Source: an uncultured Planctomycetaceae bacterium (GTDB lineage Bacteria > Planctomycetota > Planctomycetia > Planctomycetales > Planctomycetaceae). Taken from it: 64,000 nucleotides of DNA. The stretch covers positions 96,001-160,000 of the forward strand of contig CAWFGE010000015.1 of the NCBI GenBank assembly GCA_963815195.1, in the 5' to 3' direction. This document shows positions 9,914-21,500 of this stretch, piece by piece; positions within the stretch are counted from its first letter, which is position 1, and every line of letters begins with the position of its first letter. The notes under the pieces are model-generated. The model was given only the letters and a program-made list of their open reading frames with translations. It did not search any database and had not been told where the DNA came from. The translations under genes were made by a program, and so were the position numbers.

Positions 9914-11032
9914 ATGCCTGACTCGCGTTACCGCATTGTTGATACCTCCGAAATCATTACCCCGGCGCTGGTGGTGTTCCGGGAGATTCTGCTGGAGAAT
10001 ATCAAGCAGATGATCTCCATCGCCGGGGATGTTTCGCGGTTGCGGCCGCATTGCAAGACGCACAAGATGCCGGACGTGACGAAATTGGAGCTTTCCCAGG
10101 GCATCACCAAGCACAAGGCCGCCACGTTTGCCGAGGCGGAAATGCTGGCGGACGCCGGGGTGCCGGATGTGTTCTTGGCCTATAACCTGGTGGGGCCGAA
10201 CATTCGCCGGGCGGCTCTATTTCGCCGGCGGTATCCGCATGTGAAATTTTCCGTAACTGCCGATCATCCGCAGCCGCTCCGGGAACTCGCCGAGGCGATG
10301 CAGGCGGCGGATCTGGAAATCGACGTGCTCCTGGATCTCGACACCGGCCAGCACCGCACCGGCTTGCCGTTGGGGGAAGACGCCAAGCAGCTTTACAAAA
10401 CGATCGCGGAAACGCCCGGCGTGAACGCGGGGGGTCTGCATCTTTATGATGGACAAAATCATCAGCAGGACCTCGCCGAGCGCCAAGCCGCGGTCGATGC
10501 CTGCTGGAACGCCGCGACCTCGTTCCGGGACGACTTGGTGAAGGCGGGCTTGCCGGTGCCGCGGATCGTCGCGGGCGGGACGGGATCGTTTCCGATTTAT
10601 GCGCAGAAAGTCGATCCCACGCTCGAACTCAGCCCCGGCACCTGCGTGTTTCATGATGCGGGCTACGGCGGGGTTTTCCCCGATCTGAAATTCACCCCGG
10701 CCGCGGTGCTGTTGACCCGCGTCATCAGCCGGCCCACGGCGAACCGCGTCACGCTCGACTTGGGTTATAAAGCGGTCGCTTCGGATCCGCCCGCCGGCCG
10801 CCGGCTGGTGTTCCCCGATCTACCAGGTGCCGAGCAGGTCCTGCAGAACGAAGAGCACCTCGTGCTGGAAACCGCGGACGCCGCGAACTACGTGCCGGGC
10901 GATGAACTCATCGCGATCCCCCGCCACGTCTGCCCCACGTCGGCGCTCCATAAGGAAGCCGTAGTCGTCGAAGACGGCCAAATCATCGCCCGCTGGCCCA
11001 TCACCGCCCGCGACCGGCAGCTTACGGTGTAG
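9914..11032 (+). CDS. D-TA family PLP-dependent enzyme (D-threonine aldolase / D-serine dehydratase-like)
   Basis: LRPHCKTHK PLP lysine motif, HLYDG, QNEEH, PRHVCPT. Confidence 0.9.
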   Translation: MPDSRYRIVDTSEIITPALVVFREILLENIKQMISIAGDVSRLRPHCKTHKMPDVTKLELSQGITKHKAATFAEAEMLADAGVPDVFLAYNLVGPNIRRAALFRRRYPHVKFSVTADHPQPLRELAEAMQAADLEIDVLLDLDTGQHRTGLPLGEDAKQLYKTIAETPGVNAGGLHLYDGQNHQQDLAERQAAVDACWNAATSFRDDLVKAGLPVPRIVAGGTGSFPIYAQKVDPTLELSPGTCVFHDAGYGGVFPDLKFTPAAVLLTRVISRPTANRVTLDLGYKAVASDPPAGRRLVFPDLPGAEQVLQNEEHLVLETADAANYVPGDELIAIPRHVCPTSALHKEAVVVEDGQIIARWPITARDRQLTV

Positions 11033-11140
11033 AAATCGGTCTGATAGAATAACCAAAGACCGACTGCCGATTCCCAACCGTGTCGAGGGCGCTTTTCTCG
11101 ATCTCTTTGGGCTTCCTTTAAGAAACGACCCTCCTACTCC

Positions 11141-12028
11141 ATGACGCATCGCCAAAAGACGGGAATTGCGGAATTGGATGAGATGCTCGGCGGCGGATTG
11201 CTGCCGGGGACGCTCACGGTGGTTCTGGGCGCGACCGGCATTGGAAAGACGCAGTTGGGACTTCAGTTCGCCCACGAGGGTCGGAAACAGGAAGGGCAGG
11301 CGGGGATTGTGTTCGATATGACCAGCCGAGGCGATGCGCAGAATCACCACGCCTACGCCCGGCGGTTGTTTGGCTGGGAACTCCGCGATGCCGACCTCAA
11401 TGAAATATCAGGCCCCGACCGCGTCTGGAACGAGGCGTTGGCCCGTTCGGATTACCTGCATCTCTTTCGGCGGAGCGGCCGGCGGGTGACCTTGAGCGAT
11501 TTGGATTTCGATGAGCGGCGGGAATGGAAAATCGAGCTGATGAAAAAGCTCGATCTCGCCATCGGTTGGTTTTACGGCAACTTTATCCACGGCGTCCGGC
11601 GGTGCGTGATCGATGGGATCGAACCCGCGGACAAAGCCAGCGACTCCTTTCAATTGCACACGTTTGATTACATCTATCATCAGATCCTGCACAAGGAAGC
11701 GGATTGGGTCGCCCGCGATTTGTTCCGGGCCAAGTTCCGCGAGCACGCCGGCGAAGTGGTCGCCCATCTTTACGATCACAACGAACTGGGCTGCCTGTTT
11801 TTGGCGACGACGCACGATGTGATGCTCGAACAGCTTCTCAGCCGGCCGATCGAAAGCGGGGACGTGCTGTCCAACGCGAATACGATCCTCCTGATGGGCA
11901 AAATCCGCGAAGGCACGCGAATGGGCCGGGCGCTCTATATTGCCAAGCACCGCGGCAGCGCCTGCGACGACCGGATCGTGCCCTTTGAAATCACGGACAA
12001 GGGCCTCTGGCTCAACATGCCCGACTGA
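11141..12028 (+). CDS. KaiC/RAD55-like RecA-superfamily ATPase
   Basis: [21 protein letters not shown] Walker [12 protein letters not shown]. Confidence 0.85.
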   Translation: MTHRQKTGIAELDEMLGGGLLPGTLTVVLGATGIGKTQLGLQFAHEGRKQEGQAGIVFDMTSRGDAQNHHAYARRLFGWELRDADLNEISGPDRVWNEALARSDYLHLFRRSGRRVTLSDLDFDERREWKIELMKKLDLAIGWFYGNFIHGVRRCVIDGIEPADKASDSFQLHTFDYIYHQILHKEADWVARDLFRAKFREHAGEVVAHLYDHNELGCLFLATTHDVMLEQLLSRPIESGDVLSNANTILLMGKIREGTRMGRALYIAKHRGSACDDRIVPFEITDKGLWLNMPD

Positions 12029-12056
12029 CGGAGGTTTTTTCGCCGTCGCGATCGTG

Positions 12057-14525
12057 TTAATCCAAATAAAAAAACTCGTTCGTGTTGAGGGCTAACAGGC
12101 AAAAGTATTTAAGCGCCTCCTCGTCGTTGAGGCCGTGTTTCTCTTTCAGTTTCTTCATCAAGTCCCGGCCGCGCTCGATGTCTGTTTTGGTTGCAGGGCG
12201 GCAGGTCGTCAGGCGGACGGCGAGGGCGATTTGGTCGGCGGGGTTCTGGCCGGCTTCTTTTTTGAGGCGGTCGGCGAACACGGCGGCCTGGGCGTTCGCG
12301 AAATCGCCGTTGAGCATCCCCAATGCCTGCGTGGGCTGCGTCGTGCTGAACCGCACCGGGCAACTGCTGTCGGTGTCGGCCTGGTCGAAATCCTCCAAGA
12401 GCGGCGTGAGCAGCGACCGCTTGACGTGGATGTAAACGCTCCGGCGGGCTTGCTCTTCGGGCGAGCTTTTGCCCCAGCCCGCTCCCGGCCGCGATTGGCC
12501 AGCGAGGACTTCCTGGGAAATCGTGGGATAGATGCTGGGGCCGAACATCTTCGGATTGAGGACGCCCGTGACCGCGTGGATCGAATCGCGGATTTCCTCC
12601 GCCGAGAGCCTCCGCATATCGAACCGCCAGAACAAATTGTTCGCCGGGTCTGTTTTGAGCGCGGCCTCGTTGCCGGCGGACGACATGCGATAAGCATTCG
12701 ACATCATAATGAGCTTATGCAGCGGTTTCAGCCGCCAGCCGCCTGCGATCAGCTGCCGGGCCAGCCAATCTAATAAAAGCGGATGCGTGGGCGGTTCGCC
12801 GAGCTGCCCGAAGTTGTTGGGCGAGCGGACGATGCCCCGGCCGAAGTGATACTGCCAAACGCGGTTGGCCATCACGCGGGCGGTGAGCAGGTTGTCGGGC
12901 GAGGCGATCCAATTCGCGAGGACCAGCCGCCGGCCCGACGAGCGGGCTCCTTCTTTTCGTTCGGGAATGACCGGCTTGGGCGAGGAAAAGATCGCGGGAA
13001 ACCGCGGTTCGACTTTTTCCCCCTTCGATGTGGGGTTGCCCCTTTGGAGGATAAACGTCTCCGGCGGCTGGACGTGGATTTTCGCCACACTGAGGGCCGA
13101 CTTCCGCGGCGGGAGTTTTCCGTACGCCGCTTCAACTTTGCCCCGTTGTTCCCGCAGAGTGGTGTATTCGGTCCATTGCTCCTCATCGAGGTAATTGCGG
13201 AGTTTCTCACGCAACACCCTTTCGCGCTGCCGGCCTTCGGTTTTGCGCTGATCTTCGCCGGGCATTTTGACGATGCCGATTTGCTCGATGTCCCGCATCT
13301 GAGCGGCGAGTTCGTTTTTTTGTTTGTCGAGAGCCTGATATTGGGCGGCGACTTCGGGCGGCGTGATGTCGGTCTGGTTGTTGCTCGTTTGATTGCCCCG
13401 CGTGCCATAGGGCGTCAGTCCGTGGAAGAACGCCAGCATCGAATAGTAGTCGGCCTGCGGGATGGGATCGATCTTGTGGTCGTGGCAGCGGGCACAGTTG
13501 ACCGTCAGCCCCAGAAACACCTGCGAGGTCGTGGTGATGATATCGTCATATTCGTTATACACCGCGAGCAGCGGGTCGGCGGGCTCATCATCCCAGAGGC
13601 CCAGCCGATAGTAGCCCGTGGCGATGATCGAATCCGCCGTCACTTCAGGCAGTTCATCGCCGGCGAGCTGCTCGCGGACAAATTGGTCGTAAGGCTTGTC
13701 GGCATTGAACGAGCGGATGACGTAATCCCGATACCGAAAGGCATTGGGTTTGACGCCGTCACGCTCGAAGCTGTTGGTCTCGGCGAACCGCACCAAATCC
13801 AACCAATGCCGGCCCCACTGCTCGCCATAGTGCGGCGATTCCAACAGATCATCGATCAGCTTTTCGTAAGCCTCGGGGGATTTGTCGCTGACGAAGGCAT
13901 CGACCTGAGCCGGCGTGGGCGGCAAGCCGGTGAGGTCGTAATACGCCCGGCGGATGAGGGCGATCTTGTCCGCAGGCGGGGCAGGCTTGAGTTGGTTCTC
14001 TTCCAGACGATGCAGGATGAAGGCATCGATTGGATTCGCCACCCAGGCTTTATTTTGGACTTCGGGCGGCTCGGGGGCTTTCATCGGCTGAAAGGCCCAA
14101 TGGGTTTCCCACTTCGCGCCCTGGGCGATCCAGCGCTTGAAGGTTTCGATTTCTTCCTTGGAGAGCGGTTTGCCTTCGGGGGGCATCCGCAGGGATTCAT
14201 CGGTTTCGCTGATGCGGGTGATGAGTTCGCTTTTGTCCGGTTTGCCGGGCACGATCGCATAGAGGCCGGAATCCGCCTCGGCGAAGGCGGTCTTTTGGCT
14301 GTTTAATCGCAGGCTGGACTCGGCTTTGTCGGGGCCGTGGCAGTGAAAACATCGCTTCGCCAACACCGGACGAATGTCGCGGCCGAAGTCCACCGGCTCT
14401 TGGGAGGCTTTGGTGGTTTCCGGTTTGGCGGGCTCGGCTGCGTGGGGAGCCTTCCCCAACAGCAGGAAAGCGACCGCCACACCGCCCAACACAACCAAAC
14501 CGATCCGGAATTTTGGGGCAAGCAT
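12057..14525 (-). CDS. DUF1549/DUF1553 (PSD1) planctomycete cytochrome c protein
   Basis: CFHCHG, MPP, HWAF, NPIDAF, CARCHDHK, PTHPLLLDWLA. Confidence 0.92.
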   Translation of the reverse strand: MLAPKFRIGLVVLGGVAVAFLLLGKAPHAAEPAKPETTKASQEPVDFGRDIRPVLAKRCFHCHGPDKAESSLRLNSQKTAFAEADSGLYAIVPGKPDKSELITRISETDESLRMPPEGKPLSKEEIETFKRWIAQGAKWETHWAFQPMKAPEPPEVQNKAWVANPIDAFILHRLEENQLKPAPPADKIALIRRAYYDLTGLPPTPAQVDAFVSDKSPEAYEKLIDDLLESPHYGEQWGRHWLDLVRFAETNSFERDGVKPNAFRYRDYVIRSFNADKPYDQFVREQLAGDELPEVTADSIIATGYYRLGLWDDEPADPLLAVYNEYDDIITTTSQVFLGLTVNCARCHDHKIDPIPQADYYSMLAFFHGLTPYGTRGNQTSNNQTDITPPEVAAQYQALDKQKNELAAQMRDIEQIGIVKMPGEDQRKTEGRQRERVLREKLRNYLDEEQWTEYTTLREQRGKVEAAYGKLPPRKSALSVAKIHVQPPETFILQRGNPTSKGEKVEPRFPAIFSSPKPVIPERKEGARSSGRRLVLANWIASPDNLLTARVMANRVWQYHFGRGIVRSPNNFGQLGEPPTHPLLLDWLARQLIAGGWRLKPLHKLIMMSNAYRMSSAGNEAALKTDPANNLFWRFDMRRLSAEEIRDSIHAVTGVLNPKMFGPSIYPTISQEVLAGQSRPGAGWGKSSPEEQARRSVYIHVKRSLLTPLLEDFDQADTDSSCPVRFSTTQPTQALGMLNGDFANAQAAVFADRLKKEAGQNPADQIALAVRLTTCRPATKTDIERGRDLMKKLKEKHGLNDEEALKYFCLLALNTNEFFYLD

Positions 14526-14740
14526 CAAAGAATGTCCTTGTTGCGCTGATTTAAATCAAAACTTCATTATCGCTTCTGAGAAGAGGCACACAAGGGTAAT
14601 CGGAGAAACCGCGGCCATCGACCGGAACGCACTCGCGTCCGCTTCTCCCGCGAACCGGGGCTCGCGGCCAGCGGCTAATAATTGTGACAACGATTCCTCG
14701 AGTGATCGTCACCAGCCGGCTTACACCGGCCGCTCGCCTT

Positions 14741-15808
14741 TTAAGCATTGGCGGTTTGGCGGAGGGAACGGCCCAGGTCGTCGAACAGGCACTCGAACAC
14801 CATCTGGGCAGGGGCGTTGCGTGCCGTCTGATGCTCGGCCAGCACGCAGCGGTCCAGGCAGGCCATCACCAGTTCCAGGTCTTCGCACAAACCGGGATCG
14901 AACCGCTCCGCGAAGCGGGCGACTTGCGGGATGGGCGAAGTCTTATCCTGGCCGGTGAGAACGAGCAGCGCCCTGCGGAAAAACTCCATTGCAAATCGGA
15001 TCAGCCAGCCGGCGTTGCGGCGCTTCTGGTGCGAATCGCCGCCGAGTTCGTCCAGGCCTTCCAAAAGCGTTTTGGAAAGTTCGAAGGAACGAGACCCTGA
15101 ACCAGCGAGACCGTTGAATAGTGCTTCGCGAAGCTGGCGGATTTCCGGATCGAGCAACTGCTTCGCCAAGGTCAAGCTGCCTTCGGAAAGGGCCGCGACC
15201 GCCTCGGCTTCCTGGGGATTGGCGATGAGATGTTGCTCCACAAGCAACTCCGCCACGGTGTCGTCCGTCAACGGCGAAAACCGCACCGCCTGGCAGCGGG
15301 ATCGAATCGTGGGGAGCAGCGCTTCCGCTTGCGGAGCCAGCAAAAACAGCGTCGCGAACGAGGGCGGTTCTTCCAGAGTTTTGAGAAGCGCGTTCGCGCT
15401 CTCGGCGTTCATGAGGTGGGCGTCATCGATGATCGCAATTCGCCGCTTCGCCGCCATCGGGCGGAGCGTGATGTCGTAACACAACCCCTCCCGGCCCCGG
15501 TGCTCCTTCGAGCCGGCGATCAGTTCGATCGGAAAGATATTCTTGCCTTCCGGACAGCCGACGATGAGCAAATCGGGATGCGAGTCGGCCGCGATTTGCC
15601 GGCATGCGGAGCATCGCCCGCAGGCTTCGAGTTCCTCATCGGGATATTCTTCACAGAACAGACATTGGGCCAGCGTCTTGACGAACAGCCGTTTGCCGAT
15701 GCCTTCCGGCCCTAATAGCAGATAGGCTTGGGAGAACCGGCCCGCACGAATCGACTGCCGAAACATCTCCACCTGCGTCTGATGTCCGCGAACCCGGTTC
15801 CAAATCAT
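14741..15808 (-). CDS. holB: DNA polymerase III subunit delta'
   Basis: GPEGIGK, CGRCSAC zinc site, HPD, ANALLKTLEEP, LPTIRSRC. Confidence 0.92.
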   Translation of the reverse strand: MIWNRVRGHQTQVEMFRQSIRAGRFSQAYLLLGPEGIGKRLFVKTLAQCLFCEEYPDEELEACGRCSACRQIAADSHPDLLIVGCPEGKNIFPIELIAGSKEHRGREGLCYDITLRPMAAKRRIAIIDDAHLMNAESANALLKTLEEPPSFATLFLLAPQAEALLPTIRSRCQAVRFSPLTDDTVAELLVEQHLIANPQEAEAVAALSEGSLTLAKQLLDPEIRQLREALFNGLAGSGSRSFELSKTLLEGLDELGGDSHQKRRNAGWLIRFAMEFFRRALLVLTGQDKTSPIPQVARFAERFDPGLCEDLELVMACLDRCVLAEHQTARNAPAQMVFECLFDDLGRSLRQTANA

Positions 15809-15842
15809 TGTGTGCTCGTCGTAAGGGTGTCTGTCTCGGAAA

Positions 15843-16109
15843 TCAAAGGGACGAAGGGGCGGGTTCGAGCCAGGCCAACGTGTCGCCGGGCAGCACCGCG
15901 CTGTTGGTGGGGCGTTCGATTTTAACGAGCCGGCCGGCGGCCGGGGAAGCCACGCTGAAAGACACGCCGGGGATGAGCACATCCACGAGGCGTTCGCCGA
16001 TTTCGACGGATTCGTCCACATCGACGAGCCAGGTGCTGACGCGGATGGTTTCGCTGCCGGCGCCCAGTTCGGGCAGGAGGATCGGAATGCTGACAGGATC
16101 CTGGGCCAC
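15843..16109 (-). CDS. Stand-alone biotinyl/lipoyl-like domain protein
   Basis: LPELG...WLV..GE.L...SPAAGRL...V.PGD fold pattern. Confidence 0.75.
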   Translation of the reverse strand: MAQDPVSIPILLPELGAGSETIRVSTWLVDVDESVEIGERLVDVLIPGVSFSVASPAAGRLVKIERPTNSAVLPGDTLAWLEPAPSSL

Positions 16110-16370
16110 GGGTTGATGTTCCGGAAAATCTGCGGGGATGTAATTCAGAACGACATCATCTCATGTTACCAGATTGCCGGGCGGGGTGCCGGTGTTCGTC
16201 CCGAAACCAATCGGTCGCGCCGAAAGCGGAAAGAACGGAACTCCCGCGGCTCCGGCGGCGTCTGTTACGGTGCCGTTACGAAACCTGACCGAGTCCCGGT
16301 TAAACTGGTGCATGCCGGCGGTTCATTGAAATCGTGCCCGGGCGTGGCGTTTCATTTTGAGGAGAACGTG

Positions 16371-17432
16371 ATGCAATTCAAACCGTGGAACATCGTTTTG
16401 CTGGGCTGTTGCGGAATGCTGCTTGCGTCGGCGTCGGCGTTTGCGGAGGAACCCGACTGGAAGCTGCGGGTCGACTTGGTGGACGGATCGCGGGTGATCG
16501 GGGCGACGTCCAATACCTCGCTGAAGCTGGACGTGGGCTTCGATGAATTGACGATTCCCCTGGATCGCCTCCGCCGGGTTGAGCAGGGCGAAAAGCCGAA
16601 GACCATGCGGGTGGAACTCAACAACGGCGACATTTTGACGGGGAAATGGCTGGGCGAGCCGCTCAATTTGGAGACCATCTTCGGACCGGTGAAGATCAAA
16701 ACGGAGCAAGTGATTTCGATCGACGTGGTGCCCAACGAGGACCTGGGCTGGCTGCCCACGGAAAAAGGCCTGATGCTGTATTACGCCCTCGACGACGGCG
16801 AGCGGGCGACCAACCACGCGATGGACAAGCACCACGGCCAATGCACGAACGTCAAATGGTTGGAAAAAGGCCGCCGGGGCGGGGCGTTCGAGTTCGACGG
16901 CAGCGGGCGGATCACGGTCGCCCACCACGCGGATCTCTGCCCCGAGCAGTTTACGATGGCCGCGTGGATTTATCCCATCGGCGAAACGTCGAACTATCAG
17001 GTGGTCTGGGCGAAAACGACGCCCGGCGGATGGTCGCCCGGCTATGGTTTGGTCCGGCTGTCGGGGGACGCGAAGCATCTGTATTTCTTCGTCAACAACT
17101 ACTCGGGTTCCGCGGTGAAAGCCGAGATCCCCCACGACAAATGGTCCCATGTCGCCGGCGTGTTTGACGGCTCGACCTTGAGCTTTTACCTTGATGGAAA
17201 AATGGTGGAATCAAAAAACCTGCGGGCGGCCGGCGGCCAACCGGCCGAGACTCCCCTCATCACCCATACGCAGACGCCGCTGACTTTTGGCGGCGACGGG
17301 AACAACTATTACGGGTGGACAGGCAAGCTCGACGAGATCGCGTTTTATAACCGCCCCCTCGACGCGCGAGAAATCCGCCGGCTCTACGAAACCGCCCCCC
17401 GCGAACTCCTGCCCCGTTCGTCTAATGAGTAG
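16371..17432 (+). CDS. Secreted LamG/concanavalin A-like domain protein
   Basis: Signal peptide, FTMAAWI, WSHVAGVFDG, YLDG, GKLDEIAFYNRPL. Confidence 0.85.
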   Translation: MQFKPWNIVLLGCCGMLLASASAFAEEPDWKLRVDLVDGSRVIGATSNTSLKLDVGFDELTIPLDRLRRVEQGEKPKTMRVELNNGDILTGKWLGEPLNLETIFGPVKIKTEQVISIDVVPNEDLGWLPTEKGLMLYYALDDGERATNHAMDKHHGQCTNVKWLEKGRRGGAFEFDGSGRITVAHHADLCPEQFTMAAWIYPIGETSNYQVVWAKTTPGGWSPGYGLVRLSGDAKHLYFFVNNYSGSAVKAEIPHDKWSHVAGVFDGSTLSFYLDGKMVESKNLRAAGGQPAETPLITHTQTPLTFGGDGNNYYGWTGKLDEIAFYNRPLDAREIRRLYETAPRELLPRSSNE

Positions 17433-17482
17433 GACTCCGGACTCATAATCCGGGAATGGAGGTGCAATTCCTCCACGGGGCC
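17411..17482 (+). tRNA. tRNA with CAU anticodon (Met or Ile2), atypical D/T loops
   Basis: Cloverleaf: acceptor GCCCCGT/ACGGGGC, D arm GTCT/GGAC, anticodon arm CCGGA-CTCATAA-TCCGG, T arm GGAGG-TGCAATT-CCTCC; CCA not encoded. Confidence 0.75.
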
Positions 17483-17534
17483 GTTTGGAAGAAACCTGCC
17501 CGACGGGGCAGCGACTTCGAGGCGCAATGAACCA

Positions 17535-18161
17535 TCAGCGGCGTTCGTTCTGGTAGATTTCGCGGATGAGTTCTTCCGTGGATTTGAACTTCTTCTTGCT
17601 GCCCTCGGTCGCGGTTTCGATTTTCTGCCGGGCGTCGCTCGGCGAATGGCCCAACGCGATCAAAGCTTCATAAGTATCGTCGAGCACGCTGCGGTCGGTG
17701 CGATCGTCGGCGGGAACTTCCTTGGCCACCAGGAGCGCAAAGCGGGCCATCTTCCGGCGGAGCTTGGCGACGATCCGCTCGGCGACGGCCGCTCCGACGC
17801 CGGGCAGCGTGGTGAGTTGCTTCACGTCCTGCTCTTCGATCGCGGTCGCGACTTCGCGGACGGGCCGGACCATCGCCCTGAGCGCCTTCTTCACCCCCAC
17901 GCCGTCCACCGAGCAGACCAGCTCGAAAAACTCCCGCTCGGCATCGCTCAGAAACCCCACCAGTCGCGGCGTCAATCGGCCCTGCTGCGGGTTGCCTTCG
18001 AGATACTCGATGGTCCGCAAACTCACATTTTGTCCGATCAGGCTTTGCATCTGCCGCCGGACAAACTCCGGCACAAACACCTGATATTCAAACGCCCCCA
18101 CTTCGAGAGCGGCTTCGTTTTCGTGGAGCGAAACCAGTTTGCCTGTGATTTTTGTGATCAA
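17535..18161 (-). CDS. ruvA: Holliday junction branch migration protein RuvA
   Basis: ITKITGKL start, [19 protein letters not shown] and [12 protein letters not shown]hH motifs, EALIALG C-terminal domain; TTG start. Confidence 0.9.
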   Translation of the reverse strand: MITKITGKLVSLHENEAALEVGAFEYQVFVPEFVRRQMQSLIGQNVSLRTIEYLEGNPQQGRLTPRLVGFLSDAEREFFELVCSVDGVGVKKALRAMVRPVREVATAIEEQDVKQLTTLPGVGAAVAERIVAKLRRKMARFALLVAKEVPADDRTDRSVLDDTYEALIALGHSPSDARQKIETATEGSKKKFKSTEELIREIYQNERR

Positions 18162-18522
18162 AGTTCTGTCTCGGTTCTGGATGATCCATTTTCGATGATT
18201 CGCCGCCGTTCGCGGTGGATGATTATGACGCAACGGCCCGAACGCCCGCAAGATCGATGCAAGCCGAGCCGTTCAGCGAGGGTGGGTCTCGCAAAAGTAC
18301 TGGATAATCTTTTGCCCTATTTTCAAGCGGATTGGGTGCCACCCGTGCCACCCGTGCCCTGTGGCTTACAGTCTGAGATTCGGGATTCTTGAAAATCTTT
18401 TGGCCCGGTTTGCGAGCGAGGGAAAAAAGTCGGCAAAAGTCTAGCAGGAACTTTCGCATCGTATGGTATCATCATCCCTGGCAATCTTTTGGACCAGGGC
18501 CACATTGGGCGGGATCACCTCG

Positions 18523-21500
18523 ATGAGCACGATCAAAGCGGATTCGGCAAAGGCTGACGAGCAAGGGCCGGAGTCTTTGGGATTCGGCCGGCGGCTGGCC
18601 CGGCGGTTGGTGGGGCTTTATTACGGTCGGATCGAAGTCAAGGACGCCGACCGCGTCCCGCAAACCGGTCCCGTGCTGTTTTGCGCGAACCACGCCAACT
18701 CGCTGCTCGATCCGGTGCTCGTGGGGATCGCGGCCCGGCGGCCGGTGCGGTTCATGGCGAAGGCGCCGCTGTTCGATTCCCCGGTGCTGGGGCCGCCCAT
18801 GCGGGCGCTCGGCATGATCCCCGCGTTTCGCGGCCAGGACGACCCGTCGCAAGTCCGCCGAAATCTGGAAAGCCTGGATGTCGGGGCGAAAGTTCTCATC
18901 GAAGGCTCCGCGATGGGCATCTTCCCCGAAGGCCGGTCCCACGATTTCAACACCGTGGAGATGATCCGCTCCGGGGCAGCGCGGATGGCGCTCGACGCCG
19001 TCGCCGGCGGCGCCAAGGGGCTTCAAGTCGTGCCGGTGGGAATCAACTACGAAAACAAAGAGCAATTCCGAAGCGCGGTGTGGATTCGCGTGGGCGAGCC
19101 GATCGACGTGGAACGCTGCCTCGCCGACAACGAAGGCAACGAACGCAAAGCCCGCCGCGACCTGACGCTGCGGTTGGAGCAAGGCCTCAAGCAGGTGGTG
19201 ATCCATCTGGACGATCCGCAGTGGCAGCCGTTCTTGGAGGATCTCGAAGTCCTCGTGCCCCGCGATCCGAACGCGAAACGCGAAACCGTCTATCCGCTCA
19301 AGCAGCGGAAGTGGCTGGCCGACGCCATGAACCACTTCCAGCGGGAGGGCAATCCGCAGTCGCAGGAGACCGCCGCGGCCATTCGCGAGTACCGGGAGCA
19401 CGTGCACGGCGCGGGCCTGGAAGTCCATTCCCCGGTGCTCCAGTCGTCGGGCTGGCGGATGGTGCTCACGCTGGTTTGGCAAAGCCTGTGGATGCTGCTG
19501 TTGATGCTGCCCGCGATCGTCGGGACGTTGTTTCATATCGTACCGTTTACCATCGTGCGGGCAATCGCCTCGCGGCTGCAACCGCCGGGCCGGACGACGG
19601 TTTCGTTTTACCGGCTCTGCGTGGGGCTGCCGGTGTATCTGTTGTGGTATGCCGCGGTGGGCTGGTGGCTGCTTTTTGACTTTCACGCAACGACCTGGTT
19701 CGCCGGCGTCTACCTGGGGGCGCTGCCGCTTCTGGGATTGCTTGCGCTGGGTTATTGGCGATCGCTCGAAGCCACGGCGGGGCTGTGGTGGCATCAATGT
19801 CGATTTCTGTTCAATCGCGACCGCCTGAACGAACTCCGCCGGGAGCGGCATCAACTCAGCCAGCGCGTTTCCGCGCTTGGCGACGAGTACCAGAAGATCT
19901 TGCCCCGCCCGGAAACGCCGCCCAAGGCGTCCCCTTTCGAAATCGCCCGCCGATTCGCACCGCACGCGGCCCTGCTCTTGGCGGCTTTGGCGATCTTGTG
20001 GTACGTCCCGCGGATGCTGATCGACCGGCCGCTGATCGCGCGGGAAGGGGGCTTTGACCTGGCGCCTTTATCCGAGAAAAAACTCCACGCCGAAATGCAG
20101 CGCGATGAAGAATCGCTTACATCCATCATTCAAGGCTTGGAGGAACTCGAGACGAAAGCCCACGAGGTCCACGCGGAGTTCGCGGCCGGCACGCGCAACT
20201 ACGACAACGAAGCCGACAACGACGCCGTCCGCCAACTGCTCTTGAGCTACATCAACTTCCGCTCGGCCCTCTTGCGGCTCGTGTGGAAATATCTCAACCA
20301 CGACCAGGTCCGAGCCGAAAAAGACCGGCTGCGGGCGTTTCTGATCGACTATACCGCGGCGACCGTGCTTTGCGAATCGTCGATGAAGTTCGTGCACAAC
20401 TTCAACCGCAGCGAAAAAACGATCGCCCGGCTGAACGAAGGCGAACCCGTGTGGGGCATCCCCGCGGGAATGTACGACACGGTGCAGCGAAACCTCGCCA
20501 GCGAATCGAGCATTCGCCAACTCGCCTTGGCCGGGGAATACTACGAGCGGATGGGGCCGCGGCTCGAGGAATTCGATTTGGGGGACGATTCCCGCTACGC
20601 CTCGTTCCACGCCGCCATCCGCCGGGCCGGCGGCACAATGAAAAAACTCGGCGGCCCGAGTTGGGCTCAGAAATTCGGCGTCGCCTCGAAAGACCTCGAG
20701 CGGCTGATCGCCGACGTCAAATACGAGACGCAATCGGCCGTCTCGACCTGGATCGGCGACGTGAAAATCAGCGAGCCGCGGGAAGGTGTGTCCCTGATCC
20801 CGGCGGAACAGCTCAATCGCTTAAAGCCGATGCTGAAGCCCGGCGATGTGCTCATCGAACGCCGCAACTGGTACGTCTCGAATGCGTTTCTCCCCGGCTA
20901 TTGGCCGCACGCGGCGCTCTATGTGGGATCGGCGGAGGATTTGAAAAACCTCGGGCTTGCGGACGATCCCTATGTGCAAAAGCATCTGGAGGAATTTCGC
21001 AAAACGCGACGAGGAAAACCACCCGCACGTCATCATCGAAGCCATGAGCGAAGGCGTCGTGTTTTCCTCGCTCGAGCATTCCATCGGCGGCGGGGACTCG
21101 GCCGCGGTGCTCCGGCCCCAACTCAGCGAGGAGGAAATCAAAAAGGCCATCACCCTCGCCTTCAGCCATGCCGGCAAACCGTACGATTTTGAGTTCGATT
21201 TCGACAGCCACGACAAACTCGTGTGCACCGAAGTGGTTTACCGGGCCTACGGGGCCAACCAGGGGCCTTTGCAGTTTCCGCTCAAAAAAATCCTCGGCCG
21301 AAGCACGATGCCCGCGATCGAGATCGTCCGCAAGTTCAAGGAGGAGCTCGGCGGCGACGAGGCCCAGTTCGAGCTGGTGGCCTTCATCGACGGGGATGAG
21401 CGGACCGGCGAAACCCGGTTCTCCACCGACTCGGCCGAGTTCGTGGCCACACTCGACCGCCCCGCGTTGACGTTGTTCCAAGACATCGCCCACGAACCGA

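Noticed and set aside
11141..12028. Circadian kaiC
   Set aside because: Single ATPase domain, no kaiA or kaiB
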